A stretch of 64,000 nucleotides of DNA from positions 3,262,747 through 3,326,746 of the forward strand of contig SMSO01000037.1 of NCBI GenBank assembly GCA_004764695.1, in the 5' to 3' direction. The DNA is from Schizochytrium sp. TIO01 (Eukaryota; Protista; Bigyra: Labyrinthulomycetes). Under the pieces are notes generated by a model. It was not told the origin of the DNA and did not search any database. It saw only the letters and a program-made list of their open reading frames with translations. The position numbers and the translations under genes are program-made. Below are positions 22,201 to 33,584 of this stretch, in pieces (position 1 is the first letter of the stretch; each line of letters begins with the position of its first letter).

Positions 22201-24833
22201 ACCGTCTTTATCGTGATGATGAGTGTAATGACTTGGCTCGCTTGGAAGCCAATGGAATCACGTGGCTTCTCAAACCAGAAACAGGTTCGCAGGGTCAGGG
22301 TATTACCTTTCACTCTGAAGTTGCAAGTGTTATGAGCAAAGTACCTCAATTCTTTCCTTGTAAGAGGGCGACCTGGAAACCGACTGAACGTTACCTCGTG
22401 CAGGAATATCTTGAGAAGCCGCTTTTGTTGAAAAAGTGCAAATTCGATGTCCGTGTGTACATGCTTATTTCTTCCAGTAACCCGTACCTTGTGTGGTACC
22501 ATGAAGGATACTTGCGCCGTGCGCTTGCAGAGTATGCACCTATGTCCAAGGATCGCCGGGTTTACCTGACCAACACTCACTTCCAGAGTATGAAGAAGGG
22601 TTTTAAGCTTTCGGATCACATTTGGCCGTTTGCTATGATGCAAGACCACTTGCGTGAACACGATAAAACCGGTGCACACTACGTTGAAACAATGCTCAAC
22701 CCGTATATCAAAAAGGTCGCCTTGCTAATCTTCCAGTCTGCGCGGCCAAAATTCATCAAACGCAAGGGTACCTTCCATATCTTCGGTATCGATTTCATGA
22801 TTGATGCGGCCTATCACACCTGGTTCATTGAGTCCAACGGCTACCCAGGTTTCACTTGGAGTATCAACTTCGATTCACGTCAGATGGTGGAGGAATACTT
22901 TAACCTTGCGCAGCAGACACATGAGAACCCGCAGTTCTATACTTTGATGCGCTATGGCGATCGCTACGGCAGTTTTGAGATGATCTTTAATGAACTTGAG
23001 GAGGAGCGCACGCGTGTTGTCTACAACCCATGTAATGAGTTCAAGAATAACCGTGACTACAGTGCTCCTTTGAAGATAGCAAACCGCCGCTTTGCAAAGT
23101 ACACGGGTAAAACCGGTTCCTTGGAGAAGTTTGGAACATTCCAAAATGGCGTCCCCGGTCTCGAGACGATGGCTGGACACAAGGGAGAGAGCGTGTTGGC
23201 GCAAGTTGATTTTTTTAACTCCTTTGGCTGTGATGCGCGTAAACTTAAATACATGCCACCCACCTACATGCTCTACGACAATGAGGACTGTAAGGCCTTC
23301 TTCCAGGTCAAATCAAAGCAGAGATGGCTTCTCAAACCCATTGACAGCATGGGTGGCGATAATGTGCGTCTTTATTCTACGATTGAAGAACTCCGGGAGG
23401 ATTTTGGAGAGTGTGGCATGTCTCGCAAGGGCGACGTGATTGCACAAAAGTTCATCTCGAATCGTCAGCTATTTGACAATAAATGGTGGGACATGAAGGT
23501 ATTCCTACTCGTTTCTACGACTCGTCCTTTTATGGTTTTCTATCACCGCGGATACCTCCGCACTTCAAAAATTAACCAAGATTCTAGCATTCGACCGAAG
23601 GTTGTACCTTCTGCATCTGCTGCGAGCTCTACTGGAGTAGAGGATGGATCAGGCACTACAGGTGATGCTGATGGGTCTCCTGCTGTTGACGGGGAATCTA
23701 CGACAGGGGGTGAAGATGCACAGGCCGCTTCCGCTTCGGCTACCAACAATGATGATGACGACGATGACGACGATGACGGTCTCAGTGATATTGATCTTGG
23801 TCTCGATGCGGTCATCCAGGAGCAAGCCGAGGTTGCTAACCCGCACATGGGCGCTGGCGGAGCCTCGTTTGGCGCTGATTCGAGCGGCGATGCTTCTGGA
23901 GCTAGTAGCGATGAGGGCCTCGGAGATATTGGAGCTTATGATGAAGGCCTTGATGGAGGCCCTGCTGGCGGGGACCTCGCCGCTGCTGGCCTCATTGAAG
24001 AACCGGAAGAGAAATGGGAGCCCGATGAATTCTACACTGGTGATCGATTCTTGCTCAACGAATATTACAGCACCTTTGATAACTTTGAAGATCTTCAAGC
24101 CAAGGCCAACATGCTTGGGTCACGTTACCTCAGTTCGGTATTTGACACCTACGCCAAACGTGTCGGTGAGCTGGTGTTTCGTACTGCGCGGCGTGACATG
24201 CTACAGAAGACTGGGAATCTAACTCGTATCGAAAACGCATACCACTTGGTTTCCCTCAACTTCTTCTTGGACACCAAATATCAAATCTACCTCTCTGGTC
24301 TTCGCACGATAAAACCGTCAGATGCCTTTCCTGCTGTTGATGAGCTCAAGGAGGAGAAGGAGAAATTCTTAACCTCTCTGAAGGGCTTGGTGCTTGAGAC
24401 AAATGATATGCCACAAGCTATGGCACGTATGCGCCGCGGTGACTCTTACGGAGATTGGCGTATGGTCTTTTCTGAAATTGAAGAAAAACAGCGGCCTATG
24501 GATTACGACCCGTGTGATGAATTTAAGCGTGATCTAATGCTTAGCCGGGGCTCGATCCTTAAGAATGCCTGGTTGCATAATTATGCAGAAAAACGTCACG
24601 CAGCTAACAAGCGTGAGCTCAACAAATATATTGAAAAGAAATGGGACTCGTGCAAGCACCGCCCCACACGCGAGATGATGGCATCTTGCATTCGTAATAC
24701 TATCTCATACCGCTACAAGATGTATCTTGCCAAAGAAAATGCTCAGTACCAGGATGGTTATGTTGATATGCGTATTCGCGATTTATATGCCAAGTGGGAA
24801 GCTGCCAAGAAGGCTGCAGCAGAGAAAAAATAG
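19291..24833 (+). CDS. Single-pass membrane protein with a long acidic low-complexity N-terminus and two TTL-like ATP-grasp domains; frameshifted as assembled within 20263-20690
   Basis: ATG at 19291 (frame 1). The acidic sequence continues in frame 3 after 20640 into the 1307-aa ORF. TM helix IAGLFFLVLALLGGFFGTVSVLAL, then TTL motifs WLLKPETGSQGQGI, VQEYLEKPLLL..KFDVRVY, LTNTH and FGIDFMID...WFIESNGYPG. A second degenerate copy follows (WLLKPIDSMGG, AQKFI...WDMKVF). Confidence 0.85.
20263..20690 (+). repeat. 24-copy 18-bp coding minisatellite GGCTCTGAAGAAGAGGAG (GSEEEE)
   Basis: Unit starts counted from 20263 to 20676. Three units have aberrant length: 17 nt before 20370, 19 nt before 20605 and 17 nt before 20640. 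Confidence 0.95.
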
Positions 24834-26155
24834 GCTTAGAAAAACAAAATTTAAATACACAATAGATAAATTTCTTCTTTCAATTATCACCTTTTTTTCT
24901 CTTCCCTCATGTTTGTGTCTCAAGCAAACATGAAAATGAAATAAAATATAGAACGTTGTTTCTTGATCTTGCTAGCCTCGATGACAATTTTACTTTTCTT
25001 TTGGTTTTGCTTGGCTCAAACTATCACATATTAATTTTCAGTTTCAGAAGATGTAAAGTGTTGTTTCAGTTCTGTAGCAAATCTATATTTTTGCAAATAA
25101 GTTATGCTCAATTTAGGTAAATAAACATTATCAGCACAAAAGTTAAAAACCAAAAAAAATTAAAATTAAACAGCTTCACTGCTCATTGTATTGGATGAAA
25201 GTATGATGTATGAGTAATTCGCACAATGTTTTAAATTTTTAATACTGTTAATCTGCATTACTTTGGGAGTAGACTCGAGTTCATGCAAGTTATCAAACTG
25301 CATCCGCTTTGTGTGATAGGTTAGTATGGTTAATGAATCCACTGAATTAATATAACATATGAATTCTTCTTTTTATTTTGTCAAAGTAGAAGAAGCCAGA
25401 CTGGAAAGTGCATATCAGCATGTCGCACCCATGCTTTGATGGTTCTTTTCAACATCTTTAATACATAAGTGTTTGCGTCTTGCAGCGGGGTTTCTGGTAT
25501 GCTGTAAATCTCCACGCGGAATTCTGAAAAACTGTCCTGACGATGCTATTGCAATACTAAAGGCAATTTTTAAGCTCATTCAAAATTGCCTTCTGCCAAA
25601 ATTTATATTAGAATCCAAACGCCAGCTCAAGCGAGAACATGTGCTTCTACCCTGATTCAAGTCTAGCGGAGTAAAAAAAGATAAAAAGAAAGAGGATAAA
25701 TTATTATCCATTATTCTTATTATTCTTATCATACTGACTTTTGAATATATACATTGTCAGTGCATTGAAGTACTAGCTCTGCCCATCAGGCCCCTTGATT
25801 TTCAAAACCAGAGAATAAACTGAACGAAATCAATAATAGCCTTTCTTAGCTAAAGCAGTTACCGCTGTTCGGACTGATGTGATTTTCATTGTCATTCAGT
25901 ACCCTTGTGCTAGCGGGATGTAGATCCGTTCCAGCAAGCTACCACCACCATACGAGTGCACACCTTTAGAACCTGCACAGAGTTCATTTAGGGCCAACAG
26001 GAGGCCTTATTAGCTTAGCATCAAACAAAGCAAATGCAAAGTATTGTCTTTTATATTGAGCCAATCACCGCTCCGCCTTGTATTGTCAACTCAGAGCTGA
26101 GATCTGGTGAAGCCCGTGATTGAGTGTGCAGGTTAGAGAATCAACCCTGGTTACA

Positions 26156-27706
26156 ATGTCTGTATCACTTAATGACTTTGAAGCGAGGAAAGCAAAGTAT
26201 AAGCAGCAACGCGAAGCAGTAAGGCGGCAAGCAGCGCTTGTTCAAGCGGCAAATGCCTCGAAGTCATCTTCATCAGAAAATTTGCGACGGCCACAGATGT
26301 ATTCACCATCATCTGCACTGCCAATTGCGGGATCAATCGTATCCTCCACGAAGACCCCGCTACCTCTAAAGTTGCGTAAAACACCTATGGGGAGTAAGGG
26401 CTTTCTAGAACGTATGATTGATCAACATGCATTAACTTTAGAGCACAAAGAGGAGCACGATGTGTCTACAGGTCGATCTATTTCATTAGAGGGTCGACCT
26501 CAAAGTTCTTCTGGTACATCTTCTCACAGATCAAAACTAGGGTCAAAATCAGGAGCAGATATAGAATCTTCAAATTTGATAGCATCAATGGCATCTAGGT
26601 TATCGAGTCTTGAACATGCTCGAAAAGAGCTTAGACAGAATTTGATAGATATGGAAGAAAAGGTACTTCATCTACAACAAGAAAATCATAGGCTCAAGAC
26701 ATCTAACATGATAGAACTTGCCCCTAATCAAAATGAGTGCAATGAGTACTCTGAGTTGAATTTCCTTCGTCAAGAAAACGCAGAAATGAAAAGGTTTCTT
26801 CAGGATTATGGTTTAGAATGGGTCGGAGATGATAGCAACTCCACGTCTAAGCATTCATCAGTTAACTTTGATAGTCTGATACAGTCTTTAAAAGAACTCA
26901 ACTCTTTAGCAGGTCCAAATGGAATAATTCAGAAATCCCGAAATACAAATGTATTTGGGCTGAACGACTGCCGCGCAACTTTAGATCTTCTTGTGTTTCA
27001 GAATGGAATTCTTACTGGAGATGGCACTTTTCGATCCTTCACAGAGTCAAGCGGACACTGCTTCATTCGTGATGTTGAAGATGGATACTTTCCTAGTGAA
27101 TTTAAAGCTTCGCATCCTTCAGGGGTAGCTTTTGCCGTTCAAGATCGCAGGGGGGAGATTTATAACACCTCAACAAAACTCTTTATCCCAGGTCAGGTAG
27201 GGGTTCGAAAATTAGGACGGAAAGAACTTATGGATAAGGTTCCAAAGTATGTTATTCGCGCGGGAGAGATTTTGCGGCCTCGTCAAAGTATGGAAGAATA
27301 TTTTAAATCCACAAGCGCAAAAGGTCATACTGAAGAACCACAAATTGGCAAAATATCGTGCCTGCGGAGGCAGAAGGGAACTGACAACGAGGCATTACTT
27401 ACGATCTGCAGTCTCTGCGAGCCACACAATGTGACACTTATGGTCCACTTCACTGCAAGTAAGAATAAGCAGTCGCAAACTTGTACAATCAAGATGAACT
27501 CTCAAGAGACAGTTAAAACAGCATACCAGCTTCTATGCTCAGCAGTGCCCGAACTTGGATATGGTTCATTCACACTTCGCTCAGCAATGCCAAGCGAAAG
27601 GGGCCGAGACTATCCGATTTCCAGTAACTTGACCGTCGATGAAGCTAAATGGACCCCAAACGCTGCATTATATGTAAAATCTATATCCCAAAGCGGAACA
27701 AAATGA
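26156..27706 (+). CDS. UBXN11: UBX domain-containing protein 11 (SEP + UBX-like, p97/Cdc48 cofactor)
   Basis: Coiled coil followed by EMKRFLQDYGLEWVGD. SEP-like region (FQNGI...FRSF...FIRDVEDGYFPSEFK..HPSGVAFAVQDRR), LMDKVPKYVIRAG, and a C-terminal ubiquitin-like fold ending PNAALYV. Confidence 0.85.
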   Translation: MSVSLNDFEARKAKYKQQREAVRRQAALVQAANASKSSSSENLRRPQMYSPSSALPIAGSIVSSTKTPLPLKLRKTPMGSKGFLERMIDQHALTLEHKEEHDVSTGRSISLEGRPQSSSGTSSHRSKLGSKSGADIESSNLIASMASRLSSLEHARKELRQNLIDMEEKVLHLQQENHRLKTSNMIELAPNQNECNEYSELNFLRQENAEMKRFLQDYGLEWVGDDSNSTSKHSSVNFDSLIQSLKELNSLAGPNGIIQKSRNTNVFGLNDCRATLDLLVFQNGILTGDGTFRSFTESSGHCFIRDVEDGYFPSEFKASHPSGVAFAVQDRRGEIYNTSTKLFIPGQVGVRKLGRKELMDKVPKYVIRAGEILRPRQSMEEYFKSTSAKGHTEEPQIGKISCLRRQKGTDNEALLTICSLCEPHNVTLMVHFTASKNKQSQTCTIKMNSQETVKTAYQLLCSAVPELGYGSFTLRSAMPSERGRDYPISSNLTVDEAKWTPNAALYVKSISQSGTK

Positions 27707-27826
27707 TTATCAAAACTCAATCACAGCAGAATTCTTCTAAATTTCATGTTTTAAAAGGCAAGTTGTATGTAAAATTCTCTTCTACTAATCGGAAAATAAT
27801 ATTATAATATTATTCTTCAGTTTGTT

Positions 27827-27867
27827 TTATCTGCGGAGCAGTATCCCTTATCTGCGGAGCAGTATCC
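27827..27867. repeat. Tandem 21-bp duplication TTATCTGCGGAGCAGTATCC(C) downstream of UBXN11
   Basis: Two adjacent copies at 27827-27847 and 27848-27867. Confidence 0.9.
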
Positions 27868-29682
27868 TTCATCTTAGTCGCATTTGCATTTGCATTCGCA
27901 CCATGCGCGTTATACCTAACAAATCTGAAATAAACATATTCTACTTTAACTTATTCGTTGCGTTTCTATAAAGTACTGAACTAGGTTCAATGTGATACAG
28001 CAGCGAATTTTTTGTTGACAAATTTTTAGCTGAGAGTCTCAAGATTACCTGAGTATAAGACATCTTGGTGCAAATTCGAACTAATAGTACTTTTTTTTTC
28101 ATTCCGTAAATGTTATCTGCTTTTAAAATTTTCAGACTGTGAAAAGTCGCGAACTAATCGGTATCTACAACTCCTTACGCAAATAAATGAAGAGCTTTGT
28201 AGCTTACTATTCTTAAGGGCGTGCGAAATTGCCATGTGGATTTCTATCAGGTTTTCTACTACAGTAATTTACTACGTTAAAGATAGGGTCCGTTAGGCTG
28301 GATGCGATTTCACTGCTTACGGGATAAAGAAAGGGAGTTAATGCACTCTGCTTTTCATAGTTCCGAGCCCATCAAGATATATAATATATTAACGGATTGA
28401 TAAAGCTCTGGGTATACTTGACCTGACTATAATGTTCGATTTTACACTTTTGCTTTTTGTTTTTGTATTTTTGTTTGTTTTCAAAATAAAAGAAACGGCG
28501 CTTGCGTTAGCTCTATGCAGGAGGTGCTTTTTTTTTATTTGCTAACGAAGTCTTTATGTCGAGTAAATGTAACAGCATTTTTTTATTTTCAGTTTCAGGC
28601 GCGTCCTATTGTATCAGGCAGAGACATTGCCAATCACCTGCCTGAACAAACCTGAAAGCATATGTAGAACTTTACATTTTAAATTATCCAATTTTCAGCT
28701 AGACATGTAAACTCGTTTTTTCAATTTTTATAGGTTTTATAGAAGAAGTTACGAACAGTAAAAAGAACTTAGTACCATACTCCAGTTTTTTTGAAGCAAA
28801 TATCCAGGAGATAATATGTATCCATTCCTGAGTTAATTGCTGCCAAAGATTGAAATATAACATTAAGGTTCGTGCGTGAGGTCACTTGACATCCGATTTC
28901 AACAGTTGCATAAGAAGAATTTCAAATCCTGATTCGTAAGATTCTCACTAGTAGAGGAAGCAACACAAATTACACCCACAAACTATGATCTAACACCTGT
29001 CTTGATATTTTTAGTACAATATTCCGTTATTGCTTGCTTATATCTAGTACTGAAGATCTTTTCTTCTTTTGTTCGAAAAACTATAAACTTCACCGGTTCG
29101 AAGAAAGTTTAATTTATAACGTGTACGTGCGTCTTAGCCAGGTTTGTTTGATCAGCTTTGCGTGCATGTTTGATGGGCTGAGCAAGAGACTATGCAATAG
29201 TCACAGAGACCGATGTGAGCAGGCTATCAAACAAATACTTGCTTCTCACGCGCGAGTTGCCATGCATGAGAGTAAACAAAACCTCAGGTCGAGTCTCTGA
29301 ACTTACGCAGATTGAACTCCTTTCTGAAATACATAGCAAGATTCACCATCAAACTCCAAAGATCCAACTTGGCGCTTTTCGCGCGGACCTGCGACATAGC
29401 TTTAAGAATAAGCTTAAAATTTTACGTAGAAAACGTTTAGTATATAATGTCGAGAGAGCCGTTGAAGTTTGGAATTCAAATGCACTTGCCGGCCATTTTG
29501 ATTGTCGGGACCTATTCTTTTATTAATCAGGTCTTATTGAAGGACCATTGGTTATCAGAATTCTAGCACGATCGAAGCTAGGTTTGAGTGGTCCCACTAT
29601 CGAGATTGTAAATTCAAACAAGCCAAAATTAATGCGCTACTATGCGTAGTTAGCCTCATACTGCGTGCTTGCACAATATTGA

Positions 29683-29701
29683 CCCCCCCCCCCCCCCCCC
29701 C
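29683..29701. repeat. C19 homopolymer about 720 bp upstream of GPCR-1
   Basis: Direct reading. Confidence 0.9.
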
Positions 29702-30419
29702 GACACCCCGGCAGTAGGCCTACCAAGTAGGGTCACCTATCTTCCAGCTCGGCATCTGATCCAATTGAGGTAGAAACCTAGACGGCATCATCTGAAATTT
29801 GCAACGGTGAAAGCTCACACCTACGTATGCGCCAGAACTGGTGACATAATCAGAACCCGATGGTCCAATAAGAGAGAGCTTTTTGTTTTGACATTTGACC
29901 AGTCACAGGCGGATTCTGAGATTGGTTGATTTTCCGTTTTCAGATAGGGTGCAAGGCTCTGCGGTCCAAATATATTCACATTTGCAGTGCTGGTTGTCCT
30001 TCTGGTGTAGAGAAACAAAAATAAAAACAAAAACTTGTATACTCACACATGAAGACACTCGTGGGTATAAATTCAAATGAATTATTTGAAACGGAACTTA
30101 GCACATTTTGAAAGTCGCACTCACCACAAACATGATGCCCTTCAGTCGCTCACATAATGTAAACTTTTGGCTTCTCTTGGTGATCCGCGCAAAAATTGCT
30201 GAGTGAGTTTCTAAATGCTTCACCTACGCATAATAATAAGGTTGTATCAATTTATTTATTTTTTCGTTTAAAAAAGAAAAAGAAAAAGAAAAAGAAAAGC
30301 TAGAAAAATTAGCAGAAAAAATAATAGACTTTTATTAAAGAAGGAAATGAGAGAGCTGCAAGCGCTAGATCCAGGTATTCTGCAAATCCTTAACACCATT
30401 TGCAAATACAAGCGTTATC

Positions 30420-33400
30420 ATGACGAAAGGTTACTGTAAGCTTGCATTTCTCATATGTCTGCAAGCAAGTTTTCTACACTTTATCTCGGGAACTCGACCA
30501 GCCCGCCTTCTCGATGACGGAACTGCGCCCAACTTCCCAGCTTGCTCTGCTAGCTACTCCACCCAATGCTCCTTCAATAATGCACATAGAATTGTTGACG
30601 CACTTGCAGTCGATCTCGAAAATGATGCCGTTTCGGTTCTTGCGAACGTAAATGATAAAGTTTATAACCCTACAGATTCCTACTATTTCTCTCCCTTTGT
30701 ATTCGAATCTACAGGGATGACTTGTGTTGCAAATGGAAGAAACACATCATTCAATGGCATGACCATAGAAGAGATTGCTTTTGAGCTCAATATCGTAACT
30801 CGACAGCGAACTCAAAACCAAACACTAAGTTCTGAAATCGCTGCGGCTGCAAATCCATCTTCTGATGGTTGGTTTGAATTTATCTTCACGTCTGAGGATC
30901 GCTTGACAGAGCCCATTGCTCACTTTGGATATGCTTCACAAGCAACATATTCAGGTGCAACATATATTGTCTTTGTTTCGTTTGCAAAACGTACTTTGCC
31001 GCGTCTGGATGTTGACCTTTGTCCAAACGGTGTAAATCGTCTCTGCAGTATTACAAATGTACGTTCGCTTATTGGCACTGTTCTTACGCGTGCAATGTCT
31101 GTACAAACTGGAGAGCATCTCCGCGAGATTTGGGCTGAAGTTTCATATCCGATTGATACATCTTTTCGTGATGCAACATGGTACCTATTTGCGTACGAGC
31201 TAGACTTTCCCCAGCGGGTTTTAGGTCACAAAAACTTAAATTACGTTGGTATGACACACTTTAATTTGACTTATTCAGTCCAACCAGATGTAACCAAGGC
31301 TAATGGAACTGAGCTGCATTTTATTATGGCAAATGCAGCACTTGGTGGAGGTGGCTGGGCGACATATGACTGGATGATTGGTGACCAGAGCACGCTAATT
31401 CAAAAGGTTAGTTTCCTTACTGGTTTTGAGCTTTTTGGTACTAAATACATGGTAGGTTCTGGGTTCAACCACGTCAGGGATGCTAGTGTGGAAGCTACTC
31501 GCTGCACAACATGCTCTGCAAGTCTGAACGAGCCCTGTTCTATTGGAAATGTAAAATCACTACAGGCCCACGCCCATGTTGAGCTTCTCACCAACGTTCC
31601 GGTTGACGAGATTTTTGATTCTCTAGCCAACAGCGGAGAATACAGCATGGATGGAGGTTTTGGTATCGCACTAATTCGCTATGACCAATTCGTTCAGATT
31701 GATACCCTTGAACCATCATCTAACACACTCGAGGATGTTTTTATAGCACGCGGGGTCGACACTTCAGACGTTGATGCTGTCCATGAAATGCTGAAAACAA
31801 AGGCAAACACGGGAGGTGGCTGGCTAAGTCTTCCTGGTGCGAATGACAGTGAGGAATTTGTAATGCTCATTAATAAAATCAACAAAGCCAATCAAACATA
31901 TTACCTGTTTAACGGGTACAAGAATGCGCGTGCAGCTGTGAATGCTACATGTTCTACAGCTTCCAATGGGCCGTGCTCAGAAGACAATGCGAAGGCGATT
32001 GTTGGACAGGTTTCTACATCAATGTACATTGCAATATCTAATGGGAATCTACAGTCCGTATTTGAGGAAATCAATACAGGACAGAACGCAAGTTTCCTTG
32101 CTGGTGTGAACTTTTATACAATCGTACTTGATGATGACTTCAATCTTGTTGCTTTTGGAGATCCTGAAGTTAGTGAAGGTTGGGATTTCTCAGAAGTTCA
32201 ATCATACCTGACCTTTGTACAGCAGCAACAATTTGTCTCTTCTCTCGGAAATGAGTTTCTTACGGAGCTGCGCAAAGCAGCTTTTGAGGTGGGTGGAGGG
32301 TTCACTACTGTGTCATGGAATAACGCCCAAGACGGAACCATTGAAACACGTATTGTTTTTGTCAACGCAGTGAAGGTTCCCACAACAGGAGGATCTGAAA
32401 CTTCATACTACGTGATGAGTATGTTTACAGAAGCCCCTGAAGCCCCGCTTTGCTCCAGTCTGTCTGAAAGTGATAGCTGCCCAGATAATTCTTATTGTGT
32501 CCTGGACGAGACTTCGATTCCGCGTTGTACTTGCGGATTCTACTATGAGGCTTCTTTTCAATATATCAACTCAAGTTGCACAGATACATTGACTCACGAA
32601 ACCACAATGACATGCGTTGTAGATACCTTAAAAGCCGGCGTAGAGACAGTGAAATCGATTGGAATTGCACTTGGGTCTATCAATTACATTTTGGCAATTG
32701 TTTGCATTACGTGGACTATCTTTATGCGTCGCCATGTAATTGTAAAGGCATCCCAGCCAGCAGTACTCGTACTTGTAGCTGTGGGTACTTTAATCTCTTC
32801 TACTACGATCTTCTTCATTGTACGAGATGATAGCATTGGTCCCCCTGCAGGCGATGGCTCTAATGATATTGCAAACTGGGCGTGCATGGCTCAACCATGG
32901 TTTTATGGTCTCGGCTTCTCCATTACATATTGTTCGATGATTGTTAAGCTTCAACGCGTTGCCAGGGTATTCAAAGGTGCTGCACAAATGAAGCGTAAAC
33001 TTAAGGGTGTATCCCTAAAGGTTACTATGGGATACTTAGCTGGACTACTCGCAATAGAGGCTGTGGTTCTTCTAGTTTGGACGATGTCAGACCCTCTTAA
33101 ATTTGTACGTCCTGATGACGATCCAATCAATGGTTCATGCAAAAGTCCAACTGCCTCAAACTTTGTCATCGTCATGGCGTTATACCATCTTGGGCTACTC
33201 TTTTATGGAGCATACCTTAGTTACAAATGCCGCAAAATGAATGGAGTTTTTGCTGAGACAAAGTATCTCAGCTTAGCCATGATTAGTAATTTGCAAGTTC
33301 TTTTACTCGCCTTGCCAGTGATTTTACTTACCGCTGGTGACACAGAGACCTCAACATTCATTCGAGCCATTGCGGTATTTTTGAATGACTTTTCCACAAC

Positions 33401-33584
33401 ATGTCTTATCTTTCTTCCTAAGATGTACTTTTGTATTCATGGACCACCGGACTCAACAGGTGTTGGAGCGACTACACTCACCAAGAAAACTAAATCAGGG
33501 CCCAACGCAACCAGTTCTGTTCAAACTACTTCTGAAGTACAAAAGACTACTACGGTTGCGCCGAGTGATCTTGATAATGCGTAG
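30420..33584 (+). CDS. Class C (GABA-B-like, 7tm_3) GPCR with four sCache-like repeats and an EGF-like module (paralog 1)
   Basis: Signal peptide, four repeats of about 150-165 aa, and a Cys-rich EGF-like module (CPDNSYC...CTCGFYY). The 7TM has class C hallmarks: VKASQP, CMAQPWFYGLGFSITYCSMIVKLQRV, WT..DPL, YHLGLLFYGAYLSYKCR, FAETKY, TTCLIFLPK. No introns. Confidence 0.9.
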   Translation: MTKGYCKLAFLICLQASFLHFISGTRPARLLDDGTAPNFPACSASYSTQCSFNNAHRIVDALAVDLENDAVSVLANVNDKVYNPTDSYYFSPFVFESTGMTCVANGRNTSFNGMTIEEIAFELNIVTRQRTQNQTLSSEIAAAANPSSDGWFEFIFTSEDRLTEPIAHFGYASQATYSGATYIVFVSFAKRTLPRLDVDLCPNGVNRLCSITNVRSLIGTVLTRAMSVQTGEHLREIWAEVSYPIDTSFRDATWYLFAYELDFPQRVLGHKNLNYVGMTHFNLTYSVQPDVTKANGTELHFIMANAALGGGGWATYDWMIGDQSTLIQKVSFLTGFELFGTKYMVGSGFNHVRDASVEATRCTTCSASLNEPCSIGNVKSLQAHAHVELLTNVPVDEIFDSLANSGEYSMDGGFGIALIRYDQFVQIDTLEPSSNTLEDVFIARGVDTSDVDAVHEMLKTKANTGGGWLSLPGANDSEEFVMLINKINKANQTYYLFNGYKNARAAVNATCSTASNGPCSEDNAKAIVGQVSTSMYIAISNGNLQSVFEEINTGQNASFLAGVNFYTIVLDDDFNLVAFGDPEVSEGWDFSEVQSYLTFVQQQQFVSSLGNEFLTELRKAAFEVGGGFTTVSWNNAQDGTIETRIVFVNAVKVPTTGGSETSYYVMSMFTEAPEAPLCSSLSESDSCPDNSYCVLDETSIPRCTCGFYYEASFQYINSSCTDTLTHETTMTCVVDTLKAGVETVKSIGIALGSINYILAIVCITWTIFMRRHVIVKASQPAVLVLVAVGTLISSTTIFFIVRDDSIGPPAGDGSNDIANWACMAQPWFYGLGFSITYCSMIVKLQRVARVFKGAAQMKRKLKGVSLKVTMGYLAGLLAIEAVVLLVWTMSDPLKFVRPDDDPINGSCKSPTASNFVIVMALYHLGLLFYGAYLSYKCRKMNGVFAETKYLSLAMISNLQVLLLALPVILLTAGDTETSTFIRAIAVFLNDFSTTCLIFLPKMYFCIHGPPDSTGVGATTLTKKTKSGPNATSSVQTTSEVQKTTTVAPSDLDNA

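Noticed and set aside
29683-29701. C19 tract as a G-quadruplex regulator of GPCR-1
   Set aside because: It is a simple homopolymer with no counterpart at a matching position before paralog 2 and no supporting evidence.
30420-32450. Venus flytrap or dCache_1 amino-acid sensor in the GPCR ectodomain
   Set aside because: The ectodomain is four repeats of about 160 aa with sCache-type motifs. No periplasmic-binding-protein features or YxxxRxWY motif are seen.
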